Shown here: piece by piece, positions 38,096-50,560 of the stretch | Layout: every line of letters begins with the position of its first letter | Numbering within the stretch: position 1 is the first letter of the stretch | NCBI GenBank assembly: GCA_951406725.2 | Contig: OX597838.1 | Location: 9,734,001 to 9,798,000, forward strand | Length of the DNA: 64,000 nucleotides | Direction: 5' to 3' | DNA from: Octopus vulgaris | Taxonomy: Eukaryota | Translations under genes and position numbers: made by a program | The notes under the pieces: generated by a model | What the model was told of the DNA's origin: nothing | Database searches by the model: none | What the model saw: only the letters and a program-made list of their open reading frames with translations

Positions 38096-39246
38096 AACTT
38101 AAGTTTTTTGTTTTTTTTTTTGTTTTCTTTTCATAGCATCATGGAGATAGCACCAGTCTATTTTGCGAGTTACATTCACAGCTGGATGAAGTGAGGTAAT
38201 GCGGAATAAAATATTCTGGTTAGAAACAGAATGAAGTGCCCGGCAATAGATTTGATCCGACAATTCTGGGAATAAGTTAAATTGATCCACGTCTAACAAG
38301 CACCACCAACAATTGTAACAAATTATGTTAGAATTTTTCTAGTGTCGGCAGAAGACAGAAGATCCCAATTTCTTGGTTAGGGGAGCGAGGCAGGGACATT
38401 GAAATTAACATTAAGCAATGACTGCTACTTTGTTTACAAAATCTGGAGGGATGGAAAGAAGTAGAGTGACCCCTCACCTGAGCTGCACTCAGAACACAGA
38501 GTGAGGAAATGAAGTAAGAGTCCGGCATTTAATCCCTCCCACCACATGCTTCTGTTGCCTAGGCAATAATAATAATAATAATAGTAATCCTTTCTACAAT
38601 AGGGACAAGGCCTGAAATTTGGGGAGAGGGGGGCTAGTCAGTTTCATTGACCCCAGTATGCAACCCTGAAAAGATGAAAGGCAAAGCTGACCTCGACAGA
38701 ATTTGAACTCAGAACGTAAGACAGAGAAAATGCAGCCAAACATTTTGCCCAACTGCAAACGATTCTGCCAGCTCAGCACCTTAGCAAAATAATAATAATA
38801 ATAATAATGATATAATAATATAGGATTGCTAAGCACAGCCTACATCCCATACAATGCACTTACAATTCAATACCACAACCTATACAACACATACTCAAAT
38901 ATAGTCACCATCCAATAATACAAGCACAACCAACACAACACATACTAAGCAAAATCAACACCTAAACATACCACAGCACACAGCCTATACAATCACATAA
39001 CATACTGACATAACACGTGCTCCACACCAGAGGAGACCACACCTTTTGGAGTGTTCGTCGACATGGCATGTCAAGCTATGTAAAACAAAGAAGGAAAGTG
39101 TATGCTTCGTTAAAACTGTCTCTCAGAAATAAAATTGACCCCTTTGTTTCTATTGAAATATACACTGCTTTGTTTCGATTAATTTTGAAAATAACGAAGG
39201 ACATAGTGAAATTATAATTTGTCATTATTCCCCCCTTTAGCACAAG

Positions 39247-39500
39247 GAGGCGCTTAGTTTAGTTGTTATGGTGTTGGACTCATGATCGTAAGATTCTGGT
39301 TTCGATTCCTCAGCTGGGCAATGTATTGTGCTCTTGAGCAAAACACTTTGCTTCATGTCGCTCCAGTCCACTCAGCCAGGAAACAGGAGTAATCCTGTGA
39401 CGGAGTGGCGTTCTATCCAGGTGGGAAATACATACACCATGGAAACCGGGAAACCAGCCTTTATGAGTCGGCATGACTCAAAAAGCTAACTTTTACCTTT
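39247..39500 (+). mobile_element. Diverged tRNA-derived SINE (second head/body, alternative tail)
   Basis: Body like 18975 copy, tail like 4303 copy. Confidence 0.7.
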
Positions 39501-39748
39501 ACTACCCTTTAGCACTTAAACTGGCCATATTCGGCCCAAATATTTTACCAGCTTCATGTTCAAACTGGCCGCCAGACCTGGCTTCTTACACCCACCCTAT
39601 AATCACATCATCAAAATCACAAAGCCATGAGATAATTCCTGATTAATTCAAATAAAACATGAATTAATAAGCATTACATTTGATAGAGTAATCGGAATAC
39701 TTAGGAGTTAGTCTGGCATTTGGAACATTAATACTTTAGCATTTAAAC

Positions 39749-40629
39749 CAGTGGTTCTCAACTGGGGTCCCTATGGCCCGAGGGTCCAAATAAGATTTTG
39801 GTGGGTACATGCAACAAAGCAGTAAATTGGGGATTGATAATAGTATTTTATGGTCCCCTGAAAAAATTTTACTTTAGATGTATGTATTGGTATGTTTTGC
39901 AAGAAACAGCTAAGCTTTTTTTTTTCCCCTAGTATTTTTTACATAGTTCAATCTACACAAGTTCACCATCATCATCATCAACGTTTAACGTCCGTTCTCC
40001 ATGCTAGCATGGGTTGGACGGTTCGACCGGGGATCTGGGAAGCCAGAAGGCTGCACCAGGCTCCAGTCTTATCTGGCAATGTTTCTACAGCTGGATGCCC
40101 TTCCTAACGCCAACCACTCCGTGAGTGTAGTGGGTGCTTTTTACGTGCCACCTGCACTGGAGCCAGGCGCGGCTGGCATCGGCCACGGTCGGATTGGTGC
40201 AGTTTACGTGCCACCTGCACGGAAGACAGTCGAGGCGGCACTGGCAATGGCCACGGTCGAATTGGTGCATTTTACGTGCCACCTGCACGGAAGCCAGTCG
40301 AGGCGGCACTGGCTTCGGCCACGATTCGGATGGTGCTTTTTACGTGCCACCTGCACGGAAGCCAGTCGAGGCGGCACTGGCATCGGCCACGATTCGGATG
40401 GTGCTTTTTACGTGCCACCTGCACGGAAGCCAGTCGAGGCGGCACTGGCATCGGCCACGATTCGGATGGTGCTTTTTACGTGCCAAGTTAATGTGTGAAA
40501 AACAAAATCGGAATTTTGAAAGCAGTTTCTCTAAAACTAGTTTTTAAAGCATCCAATGGCTATTGGGATCCACCAGAATAAAATAGCAAGCAAAGGGGTC
40601 CATAAATAAAATATGGTTGAGAACCCCTG
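39749..40629. mobile_element. hAT-type MITE
   Basis: TIR CAGTGGTTCTCAAC / GTTGAGAACCCCTG; 8-bp TSD ATTTAAAC / ACTTAAAC. Confidence 0.8.
39967..40487 (-). mobile_element. RTE-like LINE 3' end with 68-bp minisatellite
   Basis: (CAT)n tail, GGATGCCCTTCCTAACGCCAACC motif; relatives near 33400-33720, 52020-52180, 53580-54050, 54985-55165, 60725-61337. Confidence 0.7.
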
Positions 40630-41080
40630 ACTTAAACTGGCCATATCCTGCCAAAATATTCTACCTGATTTATGCCGAAGCTAGCTAGATCTGGCATCTC
40701 ACACCTACCTTACTATGTCATTGTAAACATAAACAGTCACATGATCAAGATCTCAAAGCTACAAGATTATTGCATGATTAATTCAAAACAATGTGGATAA
40801 ATAAGCTTTACATTTCACAGAATAATCCGAACGCTAAAGGATTAAATTAGCTTAGAAGTCTGATGGAAGGTTTTAATTTAAATCACTTGAAAACAGGGAA
40901 TTTGTGTCATAGGACCAAGGTGTGGTCTCCAGTGGTTTAGTATCAAAAAGGTTAAGCTTGCTTTCAAAGAAATAATTTTGCTTTGTTAAGCACATCAAGA
41001 ACATTGTAATTCAGTCTTTGGAAAATAAACTAGTTATTAGAAAAGTGACTTTTGTGTTCATTTTCAAATATGATATTACT

Positions 41081-41506
41081 TACTCTTTTACTCTTTTACT
41101 TGTTTCAGTCATTTGACTGCGGCCATGCTGGAGCACCGCCTTTAGTCGAGCAAATCGACCCCGGGACTTATTCTTTTGTAAGTCCAGTACTTATTCTATA
41201 GGTCTCTTTTTGCCGAGCCGCTAAGTGACGGGGACGCAAACACACCAGCATCGGTTGTCAAGCAACGCTAGGGGGACAAACACAGACACACAAACACACA
41301 CACATACATACATACATATATATATATATATACATATATACGACAGGCTTCTTTCAGTTTCCGTCTACCAAATCCACTCACAAGGCATTGGTCGGCCTGG
41401 GGCTAATAGCAGAAGACACTTGCCCAAGATGCCACGCAGTGGGACTGAACCCGAAACCATGTGGTTGGTTAGCAAGCTACTTACCACACAGCCACTCCTG
41501 CGCCTA
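41081..41506 (-). mobile_element. SINE family B
   Basis: Full copy. Confidence 0.9.
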
Positions 41507-44500
41507 TGTACGAGTGTGATAATTAATCAAACGTTTCTTAGGGATACGGAGAGGGGTAGAGAAAGAGGCTGGGAACCAGATCTCTACTGAATCGCCATCA
41601 AATACTGATTCATAAGCCACACAACACATACGCTAAACAATCCAGTAATCTAATAGCCTGCATGGTACATACACTGCATAACTGCAGTCTGACACACACA
41701 ACACCACCAAACAAACTAACACAACTCACATTGCACAACAAATAAGATACTAAAAGATACTGCACAACAAACAAGATACTAAAATAACACCAGAAACAAA
41801 TCTCACAACAACAGAAACAAATCTCACAACACCAGAAACAAAATTCAGAACATCAAAAACAAAACCTCACAACATAAAAAAACAAACATCACAACACTGG
41901 AAACCAAATCTCACAATACAGTTGGGTGCCCTTCCTAATGCCAGCAAACAAGCCCCAAAACTCCAGGAACAAAACCTCACATCATGAACAAACCTCACAA
42001 CTCCAGAAACAAAACCTTACAACATCATGAACAAACCTGACAACACTGGAAACTACATCACAATACCAGAAACAAACCTCACAACAAAGCAACACTGATA
42101 TAGTATGGAAACACACTTCTATATCAATGCTACATAAACCTCAAGAACATGAAGTGCCCCACCCACCCCCGAATGGTGCAACAAGGCTAAGCACTGCACA
42201 ACCACACAAACCCAATGAAAACATAATAATCTCTCTTACATAGGCACAAGGCTAGAAACTTGGGGGGAAAGAGACCAGTTGATTAAATTGACCCTTCAAT
42301 GTTTGACCGGTACTTTTATTATACAGATTTTTCCAGGACAAAGAAGAGGCCAAGTGGACCCTGGCAGGATTTGAACTCAGAATATAAAGGGATGTAATTA
42401 AATACCACAAAACATTTTGTCTGGCATCTCTAAATCATTGGGCAAAAGAGAAATAAGGAGTACAGTTGGTGACTGCCAAGTGTCAGCTATTTCTCGTGAG
42501 ATACAAAGAAGGAAAAAGAGTAAAAGAGGAAAATGGCTTCTAAAAACAAAAAAAAATTTCAAAAGCAAAAATTTTTTTTTAAATTACATGATACACAAAT
42601 TAGAAATAATCACACACAGTTTGTGATGTGGTGTAATAGGAAGTCATATGGCATGATGGGAGGTCATGTGATGTGGTGCAAAGAAAACAATGACGTGTGA
42701 GGTGATGCTGCATGATGAGGTACCATGGGGAAACCATGAGGCATGATGGGATGTCATATGAAAGGATGAGGTGTTGTGGGATGAGAAGGATGGTGGGAAT
42801 GTCATTTGTGGGAGGAGGGGCAGGAGAGGAAGTCACGTGGGATGATGGGGAGGGAGGGAGGGGTTGTGATGTGATGCAAAGAAAGCTACATGTTAACCGA
42901 TGCTGCATGACGTGGTATGATGGGAAATGTAGCATGATGAGAATTCATATGAAAGGATGAGGTGTTGTGAGAGAACAGAAAGTGATAGGGACATCATGTG
43001 GGAGGAGGCAAAGGAGAGGAAGTCATGTGATGTGATGCAAAGAAAGCCACGACATGCAAACTGCATGTGGTATGAGATAGTATGATGGGAAGCCATGTGG
43101 CATAATGCAAAGTCACAGGAACAACGGGAAGTCATTCAAAAGGAATGGTGAATTATTGGGAGGGAGGGGGAGTCATGTGGGAGAAGGAGAAGGATGACAA
43201 AATATGTGGCATGATGGAAAGTCATGTGGAGGGGTGGGGTTCCATGAAGGAGAAAGGGAAGGATGGAAAACCATGTGACATGATGCGGAATCATGTGGGG
43301 GTGATGGAAAGTCATGTGGTATGATGATGCAAAGGAAGTTATGACATGCAAAATGATGCTGCCTGACATGGTGTGATGGGAAACCATGTTGTAGAAGAGA
43401 AATCCATGTAGCATGATGTGAGGTTGTAATGGTGTAATGCAAGACCGGGTGGCGTGATGGGTAGTCATACGGTTTAACACGAAATTCATGTGGTGTGGTG
43501 TAAATTCATGTGATGTGACGTGATGCCATGTGGTGTGAAATGAGATTCGTGACACAATTTAAAGGCCAAAAAATCCAAAATTGAAAAAAAAAAAATAATA
43601 AAATAAAATTGAAAACAGAAAAAGTAAGAAAAAATAAAAGTGGGGGGTGGGGGAGGTTCTGGTTCACCATGATCGATGTTGAGAAAATACTTAATATTTC
43701 GGGGCCTGACCCGTCATCATGTTTAGTTTCAGTTTCCAAACCAGCCCCTCCTATCTACCTGAAGCTGTTTGTGTGCAGATTATGCATGTGTTTGTGCAAG
43801 TAAATGATGACTGCACAAAGGCATGCCTATGCGTGTCTACCTGTGTGGGTGTGCATGAGTGTGTGTGTGTGTGTGTGCATGCATGAGTGTGTGTGCATAC
43901 ATACACACAGACATGCATGCATGTTCATGTATGAACAGACCAGAGACATTATGAAATACGGCCCCATTCTCTCTTTCCAATTACTCAACAGCCTCACACC
44001 AACAAACATTATACTCCATACCGTTCCTAATGACCACCACCAATTAATTAACTACCTTGTTCCTTTGTAATCAATAGTTTAGAGAACAACAGTTTTAAAC
44101 ATTTAGAGACGGCAAAAGCTAGAATGCTGCACCAATACATGTATCTTTGTGTGTGTGTGTGCACGCATGTGCCCATATCTGCATGTGTGTGTCTGCATGC
44201 ATGTCATTGTATGTGTGTCTGAATGTGTGTTAGTGCATTTGACTGCATGTGTGTACACAAAAGTGTCTGCATGTATGTATGCATGCATGAAAGTATGGAT
44301 GCATGTGTGTATGTATTGTAGCTTGCATATATGCAAGTATGTATGTGTATATGCTCACAGACAAGATGGCACCCTTCTGATCAGAAACAGTGATCAACAT
44401 GTATGCATCTGTGTGTGTGTGTGCCTGTATATGAATATGCTCAAACGTGTCTACATGTGTATGTATGTGAATATGTAGACATCAACATGCATGTATATAT

Positions 44501-44635
44501 ATGCATGTATATATGTGTGCATGTATCTGTGTTGATGTGTGTATGAATGTGTCTGTACGTAAATATATGTGCAAGTATATACATATGCATGTTGATGTAT
44601 GTGTATGCGTATATTAATGTGTGTATGTGTATGAA

Positions 44636-44669
<34 letters not shown>

Positions 44670-45296
44670 CATTTCATGACATGGTAAAAACAATGTTGAA
44701 TTTTGAGAAGGTAATGCAATAAGAATGCCTCAAGCCTGTCCCCCAGTATATAGCAGGTACGTATATAGCATCAAGGAATCAAGGATACTGCTGCCACCCA
44801 CCACGAGATGGAGGGGAAGGAGAATGATGAGGAAGTAGAGACATCATTCCCCCTCTAAGCACTACAATATATATCACAAGCCGACAAGGGAACCTACACA
44901 TAGCAGCTTAATCTACAGAAAATAGCAGACAAATCTCCCTCAAATTACACCTTACTGTCTACATCTTAAATAAAGGATACGTTGGATAACGTAGTCTTAG
45001 CCCTTGATTAAAAAAAAAAAGGAAGGAAATAAACCAAGAGGTGATGGTCATGGACGTGGAAACATTTAATCATGGTTGACCTGGGGCTAAACAGTAACAC
45101 TGACCAAATTCTATATGTTCTATAATGCTATTATTTCAAACAGATATTATAGATGACAAAGGGGCAACCAGCTTTTTTAAAGGATTAATTCCATGGGAGA
45201 ATAAACATTACTGGGAAACAAACGGTAAAGGAATGCTAAATGCTGTTTGTTATGTTCACCAATACCATTCTCAGCAAAGCTGTATGAGTAGTAGTA

Positions 45297-45331
<35 letters not shown>

Positions 45332-45954
45332 CCTTTCTGCTATAGGCACAAGGCCTGAAATTTGTAGGAGAGGGGATTAGTTGATTACATCAACCCCAGT
45401 GTTTCACTGGTACTTAATTTATCGACCCCCCAAAAGAATGAAAGGCAAAGTCAACCTTGACAGAATTTGAACTCAGAATGTAAAGGCGGATGAAATACCG
45501 CGATGCATTTTTGCCCAGCATGTGTTTAACAATTCTGCCAGCTTGCCACCTTAATAATAATAATAATAATAAGTTTCAAATGTTGGTACATGGCCAGGAA
45601 GTTGACCTTTGCGGCATTTGAACTCAGAACATAAAGATGGACGAGATGCCACTAACCATTTCATCCATCATCTGACCAATTCTGCCAGTTTACCGCCTTT
45701 GTTTTCATAATAATAATAATAAGATTGGGGGAGAGGTAAATTGATTACATCAATCCCAATTAATAATAATAATAATAATAATATTAATAGTAATAATAAT
45801 TCTTAAACATTCACTAGTACAACACTAAGTACAAAACCAAAAATATGGCACCCTAGGCATAACACCAACACGAACTTCCAACTTGTTGCCTCTTGAGGTC
45901 TCTGGGTGAGACTTGGAGCCAACTTGTACAAATGTAAAGCAAAGGTCAAACATA

Positions 45955-45992
<38 letters not shown>

Positions 45993-46314
45993 TCTAACTT
46001 AGGCCCAAAGCCACAAATTAGAGGAGAGGGAGGGAATGCATTCAAGTAAATCAACCCTAGTATTTAACTGGTACTGGTGTTCTATTTTTGTTTTTCAATC
46101 CCAAAGTCAACCAAACTCCACCCACACACACACACAAACACATTTTGCACCCACCAAGCAGCAGGACCTGCACTCTGAATGTCAAAGGATATAACTAAAA
46201 TAATATTGCAAGGCATTTAGTCCGGCCATTCTAACCCTTTCAACCACTCTGCTGATCTAGAAATAATGATGATAATAATAATAATAATAATATTAATAAC
46301 AAAAGACATCTGTT

Positions 46315-46375
46315 TTACACTGCATCAACATAAGCAGAAGCTGGAAACAAATCTTCATGTCTTGCTGCCATATAT
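46315..46375 (-). CDS. MSL3: MSL3 last coding exon
   Basis: ttcag|(E)[19 protein letters not shown]. Confidence 0.9.
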
Positions 46376-48558
46376 CTGAAACAAACACAAAAGAAAAAGA
46401 AGAATTACAAATTAAGGAAGACATTCAAGGAAGTTCTAAATTACAAATGTAAAATGCATCCTGGCCTTCCCTTCATCACTCTACCTCCTCCAATGCATGT
46501 ATATATACATACAAACACACACACACACACACACACACTATGTAGTCAGAAAAATAAGGGAGAAGAAAACATCTATGGACCACTGATGAGGAGATTGCAA
46601 ATCATACCCAAGACATTCTTTCAGCTTCGTACCCATTATTACCATACTCTTTTACTCTTTTACTTGCTTCAGTCATTTGACTGCGGCCATGCTGAAGCAC
46701 CGCCTTTTAATCGAGCAACTCGACCCCGGGACTTATTCTTTTGTAAGCCCAGTACTTATTCTATCGGTCTCTTTTGCCGAACCGCTAAGTAACGGGGACA
46801 TAAACACACCAGCATCGGTTGTCAAGCAATGCAAGGGGGACAAACACAGACACACAAACACATACATACATATATATATATATATATACGACAGGCTTCT
46901 TTCAGTTTCCGTCTACCAAATCCACTCACAAGGCTTTGGTCGGCCCGAGGCTATAGTAGAAGACACTTGCCCAAGGTGCCACGCAGTGGGACTGAACATG
47001 GAACCATGTGGTCGGTAAACAAGCTACTTACCACACAACCACTCATGTGTAACAAAATTTTTATTTTTATTTTTTAATATATTTTTGTTGTCTTTGGTCA
47101 GAAAATGTTGTTTTCTATTTGCTTCTATCTAAAAGTCAAAGGAAACGACTACTACTCCCTTCAAACTTTGCTTTTGTATCCTGGACATCAATGTCTTAAA
47201 TCCAGTATTTTGAAGTGTGCTCAATGCTCTTTCTGCAAAACACCAATGATCTTTTTCTTGACCAAATAGTCACTTATGACGAAAAGTGGATCCTTTATGA
47301 TAACCATAAATGATCAGGCCAATGGCTTGATCGTGATGAGTCCCCCAAACATTTCCCAAAGCCAAAGTTGCATCAGCAAAAGATTATGGTGACTGTCTGG
47401 TGGTCTGCAATTGGTGTCGTCCATTACAGCTTTCTGGAAGCCGATCAGAGCATTACAGCAGAGGTTTACTGCAATCAACTCGCTGAAATTCATGCTCCCT
47501 TGCAAAAATTGAGACCTGCATTGGTGAATTGGCATGGCCCAATTCTCCTCCACAATAACGCAAAGCCACATGTTGCAAGAGTGATGCTGCAGAGACTTTA
47601 CCACATCCTCCATATTCTACTGATCTTTCACCTACTGACTGCCATTTTTTAAAGCATTTAAACAAGTTTTTAAGTGATAAAACTTTCAGGTCCAAACCAG
47701 AAGTGGAATCAGCTTTCAAAGATTTCTTAGCATCAAAGCCAATAAGTTTTTTATCAACGAGGCATAAATAATCTCAATGTTGATGGCAGAGAAGCATAGA
47801 TGTTCAGGGCTCATATTTTGACTGATCAAAACATTTCTATTGTTAATTTTCCCAGAATAAACTTATGTTTCTGAAATTGGCCATTATTTTCAGAACAACC
47901 GAATAACAGCGATGGGGTAGGTGGTGTGGACATACTTCTTACAGGGAAGTGGCTGGATAAGGTCATAAAGGTAGCCAGAGTGTGCGATAGAGTGCTCAAG
48001 CTTAAGCTGTCTTACAGAATAGTATAGTGACAATTATCTCTACCTATGCCCTTCAAGTGGGCCCACCAAATGAACAGAAGGACCACTTTTATGATGTGCT
48101 TCTTATTTGACAGCTGATTTGACAAAGAGTCAGAGAGACAGGCTATTAGCTTGAAAGAGATTGAAACACATAAGCTATCAGTCTGACAAGGAGTGAGACA
48201 GGTGGGCTTTTAGTTTGACATGGAGTGTAACACATCAGTTCTCTATACTGCAATTATCCAACATGAAATAATGTTCAAAAGTGACCAAAATGAAAAAAAT
48301 ATTTCACTTACTCTAGGAAATTTTCCAAATATCCAAGAAGTATTCCAAGTTTTAGTTCAGGCAAGTCCATTTTGCCAAGCACTTCTGGTAATTTAACTAA
48401 AATGAAACAGATATAAATTGGTGAATTTTAAGCTTTGTCAGGTATTACGATTCACCTTTCACCATTTCCAATTCATATAACATTTGTTCTACATTAGATG
48501 GGTTTGTAACTCCATCCCATTTAAATCCATAATTTACAACCACTTAAAAAAAAGTGAC

Positions 48559-48594
<36 letters not shown>

Positions 48595-50516
48595 TAGCCA
48601 GACACCCAGTCATCATAAACTTTGTCTTCTTAGTGTTCTTTGACATCTACTTTGCTTCATGAATTTTGAACATTGTATATACTCCGCACAGTCTCATGCA
48701 CAGCTGATGTTTGTTTGTTTGTTGCTTGTTTCATGCCCTTGATTGATATGGCTGGGGTCATCCTAGGTTAGTGTCCCCAGAGATGTCATGATGTGTAGAG
48801 CCAACCAGGTCCAATGAAGGAAAGGTACACATAAGTGGGTTGCTTACACCCCTGGCATAGGCCACGGGTTATGGTCTCACTTGGCTTGCCGAGTCTTTTC
48901 AAGCACAGCATATTTCCAAAGGTCTTGGTCACTAGTCATTGCCTCGGTAAGTCACTAGTCATTGCCTCGGTAAGGTTCCCTCAACCGCTAGAGTGTGACA
49001 CTTTTTCACACAGCTATCCTCATCCATTCTCACCACATGACTATACAAGCGCAGTCGTCTCTCTTGCACACCACATTTGATGCTTCTTAGGTCCAACTTT
49101 TCTCTCAAGGTACTTACACTCTGTCAAGTATGCACACTGTCATTACACATCCATCGGATCATACTGGCTTCATTCCTTGCAAGCTTACGCATGTCCTCAG
49201 CAGTTACAGCCCATGTTTCACTGCCATGTAGATAAATACATACATATATAAATACATACATATATACACATATATATATACATACATATACATACATATA
49301 TATACATACATATACACACATATATATACATATACATATACAAACGTATATATAATTACATATATACACAGTAGGATATATGCTACATATATACACATAT
49401 ATATACATACATATATATATACACACATATATATACATACATATATACACATATATATATACATACATATACACATATATATACATACATATACACACAT
49501 ATATATACATATACATATACAAACGTATATATAATTACATATATACACATATATATATACATACATATATACACATATATATACACATACATATATACAC
49601 ATATATACATATATACACATATATATACATACATATATATATACACATATATATATACATACATATATATATACACATACATATATATATACACACACAT
49701 ATATATATATACACACATATATATACATACATATATACACATATATATACATACATATATACACATATATATACATACATATATACACATATATATATAC
49801 ATACGTATATATACACATACATACATACTTACATACCTATGTACACACACACACAAACATTTGAATAAAGCAACCCAGGCTTAGACACTTCCTACTCAAT
49901 TATGATGTGATGGAGATTTTGAAGTAGAAAATTTTCAGCAGAATGTTAAAAGTTCAAAGATTGATCCAAACACAAAAAAAGAAGGGTTTACAGGTATCAA
50001 CTTAAGCGTATGTACTGAAATGGAACTACTTACCAAATAAACGTAACAATTGCTGAGGACCACAGATGATGGAGGGTTGTGGAGGACATTGACTATAGAA
50101 AGATTGAGGTAACAATCTCCACGTGAAGATTTCATCAATACTACTTTGATCCGTTTGTGAATGGAAGACCTGCAAGCAAGAACAACAATCTCGTTAAATA
50201 CAAAATCTAATTAATGATTTTTTTTGTTTTATCATTTCATTTTTGTCTGTCTTTGTACTGTCCCACTCATTCTTTGCCCTTGTGTCAAATAAATGAAATT
50301 ATTATTATTATTGCTATTATTATCATTATCATTATTATTATTATTGCTATTATTATTATTATCGGAGATGTACTTGCATAGCAGGTGATTTGATCTGAGA
50401 TCGTGTGCTGAAACGAAAACAATTGCAGCGTGGAAGGTGTTTGTAAGCCATTTAAGAAACACACAAAAGCCATTCGATTCACTTCAACATTTAAGTTTAA
50501 TTTGTGAATATTATCC

Positions 50517-50560
<44 letters not shown>

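Noticed and set aside
38099-38299. 66-aa minus ORF as an extra MSL3 exon
   Set aside because: MSL3 already terminates at 46315 with the expected C-terminal motif; no homology recognised.
40133-40485. CRISPR-like array
   Set aside because: Head-to-tail 68-bp units without unique spacers, in a eukaryotic retroelement UTR; no cas genes.
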